A stretch of 64,000 nucleotides of DNA, from the NCBI GenBank assembly GCA_963639155.1, contig CAVHUG010000010.1, positions 47,610 through 111,609 on the forward strand. Direction: 5' to 3'. This document shows positions 44,820 through 54,362 of the stretch, piece by piece (the first letter of the stretch is position 1; each line of letters opens with the position of its first letter). Under the pieces are notes generated by a model, which was not told where the DNA came from, ran no database searches, and saw nothing but the letters and a program-made list of their open reading frames with translations. Both the position numbers and the translations under genes were made by a program. The DNA is from Pseudobutyrivibrio sp. GTDB taxonomy: Bacteria; Bacteroidota; Bacteroidia; Bacteroidales; Marinilabiliaceae.

Positions 44820-46211
44820 CTATTCGACAGTGACGAGAGTCCACGAGGCGCGTCGGTCATTATCGTTCCTTGCATCAATCGTGCCACATTGGACTCGGTA
44901 TGTGCCTTTTTTGTTGAAAACTGTCGTTGCGGATTGTCCTTTGACCTTGTCGCCGTTGCCCATGTCCCAATAAAATTCGCGTGGTCGGAAGTCTGGGAGA
45001 CCATCGGTGTTGGCGATGAAAGTGACAGGCTCACCGGCTTTTATGTGCTTAGGGCAGAGGATGCCTACTTGCTCGGGTTTTTGGATGTCGAGTTGGTATT
45101 GTGCGAGGGAGAACATCTCCTCGCCAGAGGTCTTGTCGAGGACGCTAAGCTCGATGTCGTATGTTCCGACGCCGTCGTAGCAGTGTTCGACTTCGAGGCC
45201 TGTGGCGAATTGGCCGTCGCCGAAAGCCCACTTGCAGGTGAACTCAGTGGTGTCGTAGTTCTCGGCGGACGCTTCGTAGAGGGTGTAGCAGAGTTGGAGA
45301 TTTTGGAGGGAGTCGGCGTGGTCGAAAGTGGGGAAAGTCCGGTGGAAGTAGTAGATATTGTCACGGCCGTCGCGGTTGGACGTGAGGTATCCCCACTTCT
45401 CGTCGTCGCTATACCAGAGTCCGTAGTCGTCGCGCATGCTGGAGACCTCCTCGTCGAACTTTTGTGGCGTGGCGAAAGAGCCGTCCTCGGCACGGTAGGT
45501 GTAGTAGATGGTGAGTCCTTGGCTGTCGTCTCTGCCATCGGAAGAGAAGAAAATCTTGCCTGAGGGGTGGATGAATGGCGCTGTCTCGATGCCTGGGGTG
45601 TTGACTTCTGCTCCCATGTTGACTGGTTCTCCCCAGCCGAAGGAGGAGCGTGGGCAGTAGTAGAGGTCGACTCGCCCCTCGCCGCCGAGGGCGTCGGAAG
45701 CGAAGACGAGGAAGCTTCCGTCTGGGGCTATGGCGGGCATGCCGTTGCTGCATTTCTCGGGCAGACCTTGGAGCTTGACGGATTCTGAGTTTTCGTCGGG
45801 GTAGACGCGGATTTCGAGAGGCGCGCCACGGAGAGCCGAGGTGGACATGTCGTTTTGGCTTATGTAGGCTTGCCCCTCGGTGCCGAAGGAGACGGAGAGC
45901 ATGTTATAGCCTTGTCGTCCGTTGGAGTATATTGGTTTGGGTCTTCCGTCGGGTTGTCGGTTCTTTATGGGGACGCTGTAGATCTGGTAGGGGTGCTGTC
46001 CACGCTGGTCGACGTAGGTTTTGCCGATGCTCCATTTGCGGTTGCTGGCGAAATAGAGCGTGGAGTCGCGGAGGACGGGGCATATTGACGATGCGTTGTC
46101 GGCGAGGTTGAGACGTTGGATCTCAATTTCTTGCGCGACAGAAGAAGCAGGCTCGACCCAAAAGAGGAGCGAGCTGAGCAAGGCGGCGGGAAGGATGCTT
46201 ATCTTGGTCAT
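44820..46211 (-). CDS. PD40/TolB-like beta-propeller protein with two C-terminal PKD domains (secreted)
   Basis: A signal peptide is present. PD40-like repeats include TLYFASNR, PDGSFLVFASD, PSGKIFFSSDGRD and YLTSNRDGRDNIYY. PKD signatures are WAFGDGQ...GTYDIELSV and WDMGNGD...GTYRVQC. Confidence 0.75.
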   Translation of the reverse strand: MTKISILPAALLSSLLFWVEPASSVAQEIEIQRLNLADNASSICPVLRDSTLYFASNRKWSIGKTYVDQRGQHPYQIYSVPIKNRQPDGRPKPIYSNGRQGYNMLSVSFGTEGQAYISQNDMSTSALRGAPLEIRVYPDENSESVKLQGLPEKCSNGMPAIAPDGSFLVFASDALGGEGRVDLYYCPRSSFGWGEPVNMGAEVNTPGIETAPFIHPSGKIFFSSDGRDDSQGLTIYYTYRAEDGSFATPQKFDEEVSSMRDDYGLWYSDDEKWGYLTSNRDGRDNIYYFHRTFPTFDHADSLQNLQLCYTLYEASAENYDTTEFTCKWAFGDGQFATGLEVEHCYDGVGTYDIELSVLDKTSGEEMFSLAQYQLDIQKPEQVGILCPKHIKAGEPVTFIANTDGLPDFRPREFYWDMGNGDKVKGQSATTVFNKKGTYRVQCGTIDARNDNDRRASWTLVTVE

Positions 46212-46231
46212 TGTCGGTCAGTCTTTTGAGG

Positions 46232-47152
46232 TTAGTAGAAGCGCGGGCCAACGGCTTTGATCTTGTAGATGAAGTCGTATTGGAGGCTCAGTTCGTGGCT
46301 TCCGCCGCTGTATGTTTTGAGAGGGCCCATGTCCATTGAATAGTTGTAGGCTATTTTCCATCGGATGTTAGGCTTGAAGGCGGCTCCGATGGTTAGTTCT
46401 TTTGTTGTACGGTAAGCAGCCGTGAGCCATATTGTCTCTCGCCATATGCCGCTGAGGCTGCCCATTATGGTGAGGTCGTCGGCTTTATTATAGTTGACGG
46501 TGGCGGACGGCTGGAGCGCCATGTCTTTAGAGAGTTGGAACCAGTAGCCGCCGCAGGCGATGTAGGTGGCGTCGGCAGGGGCGAAGCGGGTGCCCTTGCG
46601 TTCGAAATCGTTGGTCACGAAGAAGGAAGTCGTCGAGAGGCCAGCGAAAAACTTCTTGCCGTAGAAAGAGATGCCGAAGCCGAGGAGCGGGGCGATAGCG
46701 GACTCATTCTCAGCGAAAGAGTCGTCGTCGGGGTCGATGGTGTTGATTTTAGCCCAGTTGAGGGAACGGTAGGCGACGCCAGGCTGGAGTGCGAGACCGA
46801 GCCAGGCTTTTTTTGAGATTTGGGTGCGGTATCCGACCGTGGCGAGAAGCCCGGCGTTGGTTGTCTGGAGGAGAGACTGGTAGTAGAGAGAGAGACCCGT
46901 CGTGAGTTTCTCGTTGCGCATCGGGGTGTTGAGAGTGAAGAGCGCGCTGATTGGCGAGCTTTCAACGGTGGCCCACTGTCGGCGTGCGCTGCCGGCGATG
47001 CTGAGAGCTTCGCGGCTTCCCGCGAAAGCGGGGTTTACGGCGAAGTAGTTGTGCATATATTGCGACACGATGAGCTCGTTTTGTCCTGTGGCTGTGGAAG
47101 TCGCAGCGATGGCGAGCGCGAAGGACAAGGCTCGGAGTATGAAGTTCTTCAT
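46232..47152 (-). CDS. Type IX secretion system PorP/SprF-family membrane protein
   Basis: The hallmark N-terminus is VSQYMHNYFAVNPAFAGS (family consensus SQYMFNxLxxNPAYAG). It is about 300 aa and beta-barrel-like, ending in an aromatic residue (PRFY). Confidence 0.88.
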   Translation of the reverse strand: MKNFILRALSFALAIAATSTATGQNELIVSQYMHNYFAVNPAFAGSREALSIAGSARRQWATVESSPISALFTLNTPMRNEKLTTGLSLYYQSLLQTTNAGLLATVGYRTQISKKAWLGLALQPGVAYRSLNWAKINTIDPDDDSFAENESAIAPLLGFGISFYGKKFFAGLSTTSFFVTNDFERKGTRFAPADATYIACGGYWFQLSKDMALQPSATVNYNKADDLTIMGSLSGIWRETIWLTAAYRTTKELTIGAAFKPNIRWKIAYNYSMDMGPLKTYSGGSHELSLQYDFIYKIKAVGPRFY

Positions 47153-47158
47153 GTCGGG

Positions 47159-48736
47159 TTATTTGGAGCGTTTTATGGCGAGAGCCTCTTTGGTGGTTTT
47201 TATGCCTTTGCCTTTGAAGACGTAGACGTAGTATCCGTCGTTGACGCCTTGGGCATCCCAGTCGTTGCGGTAGTTGTCTTTCTCGAAGACTTTTTTGCCG
47301 CGGCTGTCGAAGACGGTGACGTGGTTCTCGGCGGGGAGCCCTTCGATGACGAGGCGGTCGTTATGCCCGTCTCCGTTTGGGCTGAAGCCGTTGGGGTAGC
47401 GCAGGGGCATGGCGAAATTGACGGTGATGTGGACTGTGTCGGAGGGGCAGGGGGCTGGGCCGTCGTAGTTAGTCTCGATGACGTAGAAGTTGGCAGGAGC
47501 GAGGATGGAAGAATAGGCTGTCGCTTGCGTGCCGTTGCCCCACAAGGAGGCGAAGTTTTGGTATTCCTCGTCGACGCCCCACGTGAAAGCGTGGTATTCA
47601 GACGTTGGAGTGATGGTTATTTGTGCTTGTGTGGTTTGCGTGGTTATGGTGTCGATTTCTAAGGTGGGGCGCGGCTTGCGGTCGTTGACCGTTATGGTGC
47701 CGTGGATTGTCGGGTGTGTGGCGTGGCAGCCGTCGCGGTCGATTGCGTCGGCGACCTTTACGACTTGCGCTTTGGTGACGTGGAAGTAGGGTAGTTGGTG
47801 TTCGCCTACGAGGTCGAAGAAGAATTGGTCTCCGGTGGAGAGGGTGACGGAGAAGGGGGCGTGTCCGTTGAGGGCGATTTTGCCTCTGATGTATCGGTCT
47901 GGGTCGTCATCTTCGTCGACATTGGTGCAAATCTCGACGGGGTTGTCTACTCCCCATTCCTCGCGGGTGAGGATGGCTTCGGGGCTGCCAGTGTAGGTGA
48001 TGTCGCGTGTGAGCGATGCGGAGCAAGTGTTGCCTACGGTCTTGACGATTTTAATGCGGACGGTCTTGGCGGAAGTCTGGAGTTCGCCGTTGACGTAGTG
48101 CGGTGTTGAGATGAATGCTGTGTCCTTATTGGCGTTGATGGAGAAGGCGTTGTCTTCTGTCGTCCATTGCCATGCGGAGATGTCGCGCCAGTAGGGGTCG
48201 GTCTTGACGGTAGACTCGTAGCCGCAGTTGCTGAGAGGGGAGATGAGGGAGAGACGGTGCGGGTCGTCATCGTCGAGGTTGTCGTTGGCTATGGGCGTGC
48301 CGAAGATGCGCCAGGTCGTGGAGCCAGCGTCTGTGATGGTGATTGGGAGTTTGTCGTATTCGGAGTTGGAGAGCTGGAGGGTCACGATGGAGACAGTGAC
48401 GTCGGCGTAGCCGGCCTCGAGGCCTCCGGGGATGGACTCGAGTGTGTAGTTGTCGAGGACTACGTCGAACTTATTGTCTTCGAGATTGTTGACGAAGCTT
48501 TGTGCGGAGAGGATCTCGTTTGGGCGGAGGGAGATTTTGTAGGCGAGGTTGATTTGGGAGTAGTTGGAGGGCAGGTCTTTGAGGACGAGCGTGAAGTTTT
48601 GCCCGAGGGTGTTGTCGCACACTTTGATAGTGTCGTAGGCGCAGGATGCGGATTGGGCGCATGCGTTGTCTGTCCCGCAGAGGAGCGGGAGTAGCGTCAG
48701 CAGGGCGAGTATTGTATTTTTTAGGCTGTGTGTCAT
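47159..48736 (-). CDS. T9SS type-B C-terminal sorting domain (gliding-motility-associated CTD) cargo protein
   Basis: A signal peptide is present. The C-terminus PNGFSPNGDGHNDRLVIEGL...VTVFDSRGKKVFEKDNYRNDWDAQGVNDGYYVYVF matches the type-B CTD pattern. The stop is 6 nt from the porP/sprF-like start. Confidence 0.85.
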   Translation of the reverse strand: MTHSLKNTILALLTLLPLLCGTDNACAQSASCAYDTIKVCDNTLGQNFTLVLKDLPSNYSQINLAYKISLRPNEILSAQSFVNNLEDNKFDVVLDNYTLESIPGGLEAGYADVTVSIVTLQLSNSEYDKLPITITDAGSTTWRIFGTPIANDNLDDDDPHRLSLISPLSNCGYESTVKTDPYWRDISAWQWTTEDNAFSINANKDTAFISTPHYVNGELQTSAKTVRIKIVKTVGNTCSASLTRDITYTGSPEAILTREEWGVDNPVEICTNVDEDDDPDRYIRGKIALNGHAPFSVTLSTGDQFFFDLVGEHQLPYFHVTKAQVVKVADAIDRDGCHATHPTIHGTITVNDRKPRPTLEIDTITTQTTQAQITITPTSEYHAFTWGVDEEYQNFASLWGNGTQATAYSSILAPANFYVIETNYDGPAPCPSDTVHITVNFAMPLRYPNGFSPNGDGHNDRLVIEGLPAENHVTVFDSRGKKVFEKDNYRNDWDAQGVNDGYYVYVFKGKGIKTTKEALAIKRSK

Positions 48737-48850
48737 TAGGGGGCAGCTCTGTTTTCGGTTGTTAAATGGGAGTGCTGGTCACAAGGAATAAAGGTAACAA
48801 AAAAAGTCGTTAAAGGACAAATTTTCTTGTCTAAATAGGTGATGGTCAGG

Positions 48851-50158
48851 TCAGTTGCCCGTGATGCGTTTGTAGAGATCGAGAGCGTAGAGGTCTGTCA
48901 TTCCGCTGACGGTGTCGACGGCGCTGAGGATTTTGTCGTACATGGGGGCGTCTTGCCCGACGCGGTATTGGTCGGGAATGAATGGGAGGAGTAGTGAGGA
49001 GTAGTATTGGTCTTGGTGGGTGAGCGCCTCGATGAACTTGTCGGTCAGGGTGCCGATGATTTCGAAGCCAGAGAGGTCGATTTGCGCGACGCTTTGGTGG
49101 TGGTATATTCGGTCGATGGCGGTTTGCGCCATTTTGTCCATTGCCTGTTTTGTGCGGCCGCCGAGGTGGGCCATCAGAGAGCCGTGGAAGGTGCCGTCGA
49201 GAATGGCATCGATATTGTCGCAGAAGATGGTTGTGGCCTCGCGGACGAGTCTGCCGATGACGAGAGTCCTCATGTAGGCTACTTGTTCGTGTCGGTCGGT
49301 GACGTGCGCACATACGTTGTCAAGGGACTCGAACGTGGCGGCATCGTCGTTGGAGTCGAAATAGTTGGTGAAGAGCTCGCGCGTCTCATCATAGGTGAAT
49401 ATACCGAGGCGGTAAGCGTCTTCGACGTCCATGGCCTGGTAGCAGATGTCGTCGGCCGCCTCGACGAGGAAGACGAGAGGGTGGCGTGCGAAAGTGGCGT
49501 TCTCGGGGTCGACGAGAGGGATGTTGAGGGTCTCCATTATGGAGTGGAACGTCTCGGCATCTTGTTGGAAATAGCCGAACTTCTTGACTCCTAAGGAAGG
49601 ACGCGGGTATTTGATTATTGACGCGAGGGCGGGGTAGGTGAGTGAGAACCCGCCTCGGCGGCGGCCAGTGAACGAGTGGCTGAGGAGGCGGAACGTGTTG
49701 GCGTTGCCGTCGAAATTCTCGACATCGGCGCGTTGGGCGGGTGTGAGGTCGTCGAGCAGCTCTCGGCCACGGGAGTTGAGGAAGTAGTGCTGTATGGCTC
49801 GCTCGCCCGAGTGGCCGAAAGGAGGGTTGCCCATGTCGTGGGCGAGGCTGGCGGCAGATACGATGTCGCTGATTGACCAGAGGAGGTCGGCGTGTTCGGG
49901 GTCTTGCCTGGTGAGGCGTTGCGCGACACTGTTGCCGAGGGATCGGCCGACGGAGGCCACCTCGATGCTGTGTGTGAGGCGGTTATGGACGAAGATGGCA
50001 CCCGGGAGTGGGAAGACCTGCGTCTTGTTTTGGAGACGTCGGAATGGAGCGGAGAAGATGATGCGGTCGTAGTCGCGTTGAAATTCGGTGCGCGACATTT
50101 CCATTCTTGGTGTCTGGCGTCCTGTGCGGCGTGCTATGAGGAGTTCTTCCCACTTCAT
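48851..50158 (-). CDS. dgt: dGTP triphosphohydrolase-like HD-domain protein (435 aa)
   Basis: Begins MKWEELLIARR. Contains FQRDYDRIIFSAPFRRLQNKTQVFP, RLTHSIEVASVGRSLG and LAHDMGNPPFGH. The ATG at 50158 overlaps the upstream stop (ATGA). The 174 extra codons in the ORF track lie inside the GT2 gene. Confidence 0.9.
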   Translation of the reverse strand: MKWEELLIARRTGRQTPRMEMSRTEFQRDYDRIIFSAPFRRLQNKTQVFPLPGAIFVHNRLTHSIEVASVGRSLGNSVAQRLTRQDPEHADLLWSISDIVSAASLAHDMGNPPFGHSGERAIQHYFLNSRGRELLDDLTPAQRADVENFDGNANTFRLLSHSFTGRRRGGFSLTYPALASIIKYPRPSLGVKKFGYFQQDAETFHSIMETLNIPLVDPENATFARHPLVFLVEAADDICYQAMDVEDAYRLGIFTYDETRELFTNYFDSNDDAATFESLDNVCAHVTDRHEQVAYMRTLVIGRLVREATTIFCDNIDAILDGTFHGSLMAHLGGRTKQAMDKMAQTAIDRIYHHQSVAQIDLSGFEIIGTLTDKFIEALTHQDQYYSSLLLPFIPDQYRVGQDAPMYDKILSAVDTVSGMTDLYALDLYKRITGN

Positions 50159-51183
50159 TTGTTGATGGTATTGAAAGTTTTGAGGTGGCGGACGTAGTAA
50201 CGCCAGATCATGCTGTAAGGTTTGACTTCTGGGACGAGGGTGGCGCAGCGCGACGCCTTGAGGGCATTGCGTTTGCGGAGCGTGTGGGGAAGGCGTCGCC
50301 AGAAGTGGATGTGGGCTTTGAAGATAGCGGAGAACTGCCGCCCTTGGGCGTTGAGGAGGAAGCGCAGAGCTGCGACGCCGTCGAGAGTCATGCGGGCGAG
50401 GAGGACGAGCCACCAGGCGTGACCGTTGTAGTTCTTGACTATCATGGTCAGATTGTTGCGGAAGTTGAGGTAGGTCTTGCGGGGGTTGCCTTGCGCGAGA
50501 GTCGCCCCGCCGAGGTGGAAGACGCGGGGAGTGTCGCATACGGCGACGATGCGCCATCCGAGATTGCGAATCCGCCAGCAGAAATCGATCTCCTCCATGT
50601 GGGCGAAGAAATCGGCATCGAGTCCACGCGTCTCGAGATATAATTTGCGTCGGACCATGAGAGCCGCGCCGCTGACCCACAGGCAGTCGGCTGAGTCGTC
50701 GTATTGCCCGTCGTCGGCCTCGACGGTGTCCATTATCCTGCCTCGGCAGAAGGGGTAGCCGAGAGCGTCGATGAAGCCGCCTGCCGCACCGGCGTATTCG
50801 AAGAGATCGTGGTTCTTGTCGTCGAGGAGCTTAGGGCCGCATGCCCCGACGGTGGCGTCGGAGTCGAGGAGACGGACGAGGGGCTGGAGCCATCCGTCGG
50901 GAGTGGCGACGTCGGAATTGAGGAGGACGACATAATCGTGGTGGAGCAGGGCGAGCGTCCTGTTGTAGCCCTCGGCGAAACCGTAGTTGCGGTCGAGCTT
51001 TATGACACCTATGGAGGGGAATTCGGATGCGAGGACATCGAGGCTGTCGTCGGTCGAGGCGTTGTCTGCTACGATGACATCAACGCCCCCGTCGGCCGTG
51101 CTGTTGGTGATGACGGAGGGAAGGTATCGGCGCAGGAGGTCTCGTCCGTTCCAATTGAGGATTACGACGGCTGTCTTGTTCAT
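50155..51183 (-). CDS. Family-2 glycosyltransferase
   Basis: Contains VVILNWNGRDLL...VADNASTDDS...NYGFAEGYN...LNSD. Start and stop both overlap the neighbouring genes by 4 nt. Confidence 0.88.
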   Translation of the reverse strand: MNKTAVVILNWNGRDLLRRYLPSVITNSTADGGVDVIVADNASTDDSLDVLASEFPSIGVIKLDRNYGFAEGYNRTLALLHHDYVVLLNSDVATPDGWLQPLVRLLDSDATVGACGPKLLDDKNHDLFEYAGAAGGFIDALGYPFCRGRIMDTVEADDGQYDDSADCLWVSGAALMVRRKLYLETRGLDADFFAHMEEIDFCWRIRNLGWRIVAVCDTPRVFHLGGATLAQGNPRKTYLNFRNNLTMIVKNYNGHAWWLVLLARMTLDGVAALRFLLNAQGRQFSAIFKAHIHFWRRLPHTLRKRNALKASRCATLVPEVKPYSMIWRYYVRHLKTFNTINK

Positions 51184-51986
51184 TTATGGGCGAGGTGTCG
51201 TTTTATGATGTTGCGGAAGTCGGCATCGGTGAGGGCGTTGGTCGCCACCATCTCGCGTCCGAAGATGTAGTCGTCGCCGCCGTTGAAGTCTGAGAGCCGT
51301 CCGCCGGCCTCGGTCACGAGGATGCATCCTGCGGCGACGTCGTATGGTTTGAGGTCGTATTCGAAGAAAGCTTCATAGCGTCCTGCTGCGACGTAGGCCA
51401 TGTCGGTGGCGGCGGATCCGAGACGTCGGACTCCAGCCGTCTGCTCCATGATGTCGGTCAGGGCTGCCATGTAGGGTTGCAGGCGGGAGAAATTGGTGTA
51501 GGGGAAGCCTGTGGCGACGAGAGCGTTGTCGATGTTGATGTTGGATACCTTGATGGGTTGCCCGTTGAGAGTCGCGCCTTGTCCGAGGGCGGCAGAGAAG
51601 AGCTCGTCGCGGCTCATCTCGTAGACGATGCCGACGACGATTTTGTCGTCTTCCATGAGGGCGATGCTGATGGCGAAGGGAGGTTGCGCGTGGATGAAGT
51701 TTGTCGTGCCGTCGATGGGGTCGACGATCCAGTTGAGGTGTTCGCCACGGTCGGTCCTTGTTTTTTCCTCGGCTATGAAGCCAGCTGAGGGGGCTATCTC
51801 GGTAAGCTCGTCGACGAGCAGTCTCTCGCTGAGCTTGTCCATCTGCGTGACGAAATCGTGCCGGCCCTTGGTCTCGATGTTGAGACTGAAATCTTGCTTT
51901 TGGCGGAGGCTCCAGATGTGTGAGCCGACGCGTCGGGCGAGTTCGCCGACCTCGCGCCTGATGCGGCGCAGTTCGTTGGTATCCAT
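51180..51986 (-). CDS. Inositol monophosphatase family protein (SuhB-like)
   Basis: Contains FIAEE, the motif WIVDPIDGTTNF, and RRLGSAATDMAYVAAG. Confidence 0.9.
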   Translation of the reverse strand: MDTNELRRIRREVGELARRVGSHIWSLRQKQDFSLNIETKGRHDFVTQMDKLSERLLVDELTEIAPSAGFIAEEKTRTDRGEHLNWIVDPIDGTTNFIHAQPPFAISIALMEDDKIVVGIVYEMSRDELFSAALGQGATLNGQPIKVSNINIDNALVATGFPYTNFSRLQPYMAALTDIMEQTAGVRRLGSAATDMAYVAAGRYEAFFEYDLKPYDVAAGCILVTEAGGRLSDFNGGDDYIFGREMVATNALTDADFRNIIKRHLAHK

Positions 51987-52012
51987 GATGCGCGAATTTA
52001 GCTATAATGTTA

Positions 52013-52050
52013 TAAAAAAAGCGGTCTGCCCGACAGAGCGAGCAGACCGC
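52013..52050 (-). terminator. Rho-independent terminator after the Nudix gene
   Basis: GCGGTCTGC (52021-52029) pairs with GCAGACCGC (52042-52050). On the minus strand a run of T follows (plus-strand A-run 52013-52020). Confidence 0.75.
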
Positions 52051-52073
52051 GGTATTGTCGTAAGAATTGACTT

Positions 52074-52676
52074 TTACAGACTTACGGAGAGGAAGATGTC
52101 GCGGAGGGACTTGTAGGTGCTCTCGGCTTCGACCTTCATCTGGCTGCGAGTGACCCAACGGGCCCCTGTGATGCCTTCGTCGGCCTCGGGGGTCAGCTTT
52201 GGGCGACCGGGGACGGACATGGAGAACCACACTGTGCGCTTGAGAACCATCTGGTCCTTAATGTAATAGGTGTGGTAGGTCTCTTGGATGCGGTCCATGA
52301 CGTTGACCCCTTTGAGTCCTGTCTCCTCCCCGACTTCGCGTATGGCGGTCTGTACGGGGCCTTCGCCCTGTTCGGCTTTTCCTTTAGGAAGGTCTGGCAC
52401 GCCTTTGCGGTCGATGACGAGGTATTCGTCGTCGCCGTCGTGGATGAGGCCTCCGGCGGCGTTGACGATGGGGAAGAGGGCGAAGAATGCCTTGGTGAGC
52501 GCATTGAGGTCGTCGGCCAGGATGCACATGTCGGGCTTGTTCTCGTCGGCGATGAAGGCGTCGACGAGAGATCGCAGTTGCTCGGCGTCGGTGAAGAACT
52601 CGACGTCTTGGTAACCTACCGTGACGAAGCTCTTGGCGTCAAGTTTGATGTGTCGGCTGTTGAAAAATATCTTCAT
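52074..52676 (-). CDS. Nudix hydrolase with an N-terminal extension of unknown function
   Basis: Nudix box GKAEQGEGPVQTAIREVGEETGL in the C-terminal half. The N-terminal roughly 85 aa are unassigned. Confidence 0.85.
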   Translation of the reverse strand: MKIFFNSRHIKLDAKSFVTVGYQDVEFFTDAEQLRSLVDAFIADENKPDMCILADDLNALTKAFFALFPIVNAAGGLIHDGDDEYLVIDRKGVPDLPKGKAEQGEGPVQTAIREVGEETGLKGVNVMDRIQETYHTYYIKDQMVLKRTVWFSMSVPGRPKLTPEADEGITGARWVTRSQMKVEAESTYKSLRDIFLSVSL

Positions 52677-52716
52677 CTTGATGTGTCTATTGTTCTGTTG
52701 AGTGGGGGAGTCGGCC

Positions 52717-54111
52717 TTAGAACTCGGCGTGACCCGGTGTGCGCGGGAACGGGATGACGTCGCGGATGTTGGCCATGCCGGTGACGAAGAGGATGAGTCG
52801 CTCGAAGCCGAGGCCGAAGCCGGAGTGGGGGCACGTTCCGTACTTACGGGTGTCGAGGTACCACCACATGTCCTTCATCGGGATGTTTAGCTCGGTGATG
52901 CGGTCCATGAGCTTGTTGTAGTCAGACTCGCGTTCGGAGCCGCCGATGATCTCGCCGATGCGGGGGAAGAGGACGTCCATGGCGCGGACGGTCTTGCCGT
53001 CCTCGTTCTGCTTCATGTAGAAGGCCTTGATCTCCTTGGGGTAGTCGGTGAGGATTACGGGTTTCTTGAAGTGTTCCTCGACGAGGAAACGCTCGTGCTC
53101 TGAGGCGAGGTCTGCGCCCCAGAAGACCGGGAACTCGAACTTGTGGCCTTTGGCTACGGCGTCTTCGAGGATCTTGATGCCCTCGGTGTAGGGGAGTCGG
53201 ACGAAGTCGTGTGTGGTGACGAACTTGAGTCGCTCGATAAGCTCGGGGTCGATCATCTTGTTGAGGAACTCGAGGTCGTCCATGCAGTTGTCGAGTGCCC
53301 ATTGTACGCAGTACTTGATGAACTCCTCGGCGAGGTCCATGTTGTCGTTGATGTCGTAGAACGCCATTTCCGGCTCGATCATCCAGAATTCGGCGAGGTG
53401 GCGCGGGGTGTTGGAGTTCTCGGCGCGGAACGTGGGCCCGAAGGTGTAGATGGCGCCGAGAGCCGTAGCGGCGAGCTCGCCCTCGAGCTGTCCGGAGACG
53501 GTCAGGCTTGTGGGCCCGCCGAAGAAGTCTTGCGAATAGTCGACTTTGCCGTCGGCAGTGCGCGGGAGGTTGTTGAGGTCGAGCGTCGTGACTTGGAACA
53601 TCTGGCCTGCGCCTTCGCAGTCGGAGCTGGTGATGAGCGGCGTGTGGAAGTAGACGAAGCCTTTGTCGTGGAAGAACTTATGGACGGCGAACGCCATGTT
53701 GTTCCTGATGCGGAAGATGGCTCCGAAGGTGTTGGAGCGCGGGCGCAGGTGCGCGACTTCGCGGAGGTACTCCCATGTGTGTCCCTTCTTCTGGAGAGGG
53801 AAAGTGGCGTCGGCGTCGCCGAGGATCTCTATCTTGTCGGCCTGGACCTCGACGGACTGACCCTTGCCTTGCGAGGCGACGAGTTTGCCCGTCACGGAGA
53901 GGCATGCGCCAGTGGTTATTCGGCGGAGGGTCTCCTCGTCGGTTTGCGCGGGGTTCACGACAATCTGGAGGTTGGCCACCATGGAGCCGTCGTTTAGGGC
54001 GACGAAGCTGACTTGTTTGCTGTCTCGTCGCGTGCGGACCCAACCTTTGACAGTGATGTCGGAGCCGGTGGGCTGTTCGCGCATGATTTCAATTATTCTC
54101 TTGGGACGCAT
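52717..54111 (-). CDS. asnS: Asparagine--tRNA ligase
   Basis: 464 aa. The OB-fold N-terminus has [23 protein letters not shown]. Class II motifs [21 protein letters not shown] and [15 protein letters not shown] are present. Confidence 0.96.
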   Translation of the reverse strand: MRPKRIIEIMREQPTGSDITVKGWVRTRRDSKQVSFVALNDGSMVANLQIVVNPAQTDEETLRRITTGACLSVTGKLVASQGKGQSVEVQADKIEILGDADATFPLQKKGHTWEYLREVAHLRPRSNTFGAIFRIRNNMAFAVHKFFHDKGFVYFHTPLITSSDCEGAGQMFQVTTLDLNNLPRTADGKVDYSQDFFGGPTSLTVSGQLEGELAATALGAIYTFGPTFRAENSNTPRHLAEFWMIEPEMAFYDINDNMDLAEEFIKYCVQWALDNCMDDLEFLNKMIDPELIERLKFVTTHDFVRLPYTEGIKILEDAVAKGHKFEFPVFWGADLASEHERFLVEEHFKKPVILTDYPKEIKAFYMKQNEDGKTVRAMDVLFPRIGEIIGGSERESDYNKLMDRITELNIPMKDMWWYLDTRKYGTCPHSGFGLGFERLILFVTGMANIRDVIPFPRTPGHAEF

Positions 54112-54156
54112 TGTCGTGTGGTATGTTGTTGTTCTTGTGAAACTTTATTTTTAACG

Positions 54157-54164
54157 CAAATATA
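54157..54164 (-). promoter_or_regulatory. -7 promoter box TATATTTG upstream of asnS
   Basis: The minus strand reads TTTACCTATATTTG. The box is 45 nt upstream of the ATG at 54111. Confidence 0.55.
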
Positions 54165-54362
54165 GGTAAACGCGGTGATTAAATTATCGCAAGAAGTTAT
54201 AATTCGCACAAAAGGACGGGCTTGTTAATTAATATTTGTTAGCCGGTGTCTGACTTGTGGTAAAATAAGGCAACCTTTGCAGGCGGAAAGACGTAAGAGG
54301 TGACAATTGGCGGGCCTCTATGCGTCCCGACAGAAAACGACTTATAAACTACAAGAAGAACA

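Noticed and set aside
48851-50158. dGTPase-like gene as a possible anti-phage dNTP-depletion defence gene
   Set aside because: It is translationally coupled to housekeeping-type genes. It has no flanking mobile or defence genes and shows no compositional anomaly, so it looks like the conserved Bacteroidota Dgt-like housekeeping copy.
50159-50680. A 174-codon N-terminal extension of the dGTPase ORF (609 aa in the ORF track)
   Set aside because: The extension is Pro/Arg-rich and lies entirely within the GT2 coding region in another frame. The conserved dGTPase N-terminus starts at MKWEELL, whose ATG overlaps the GT2 stop.
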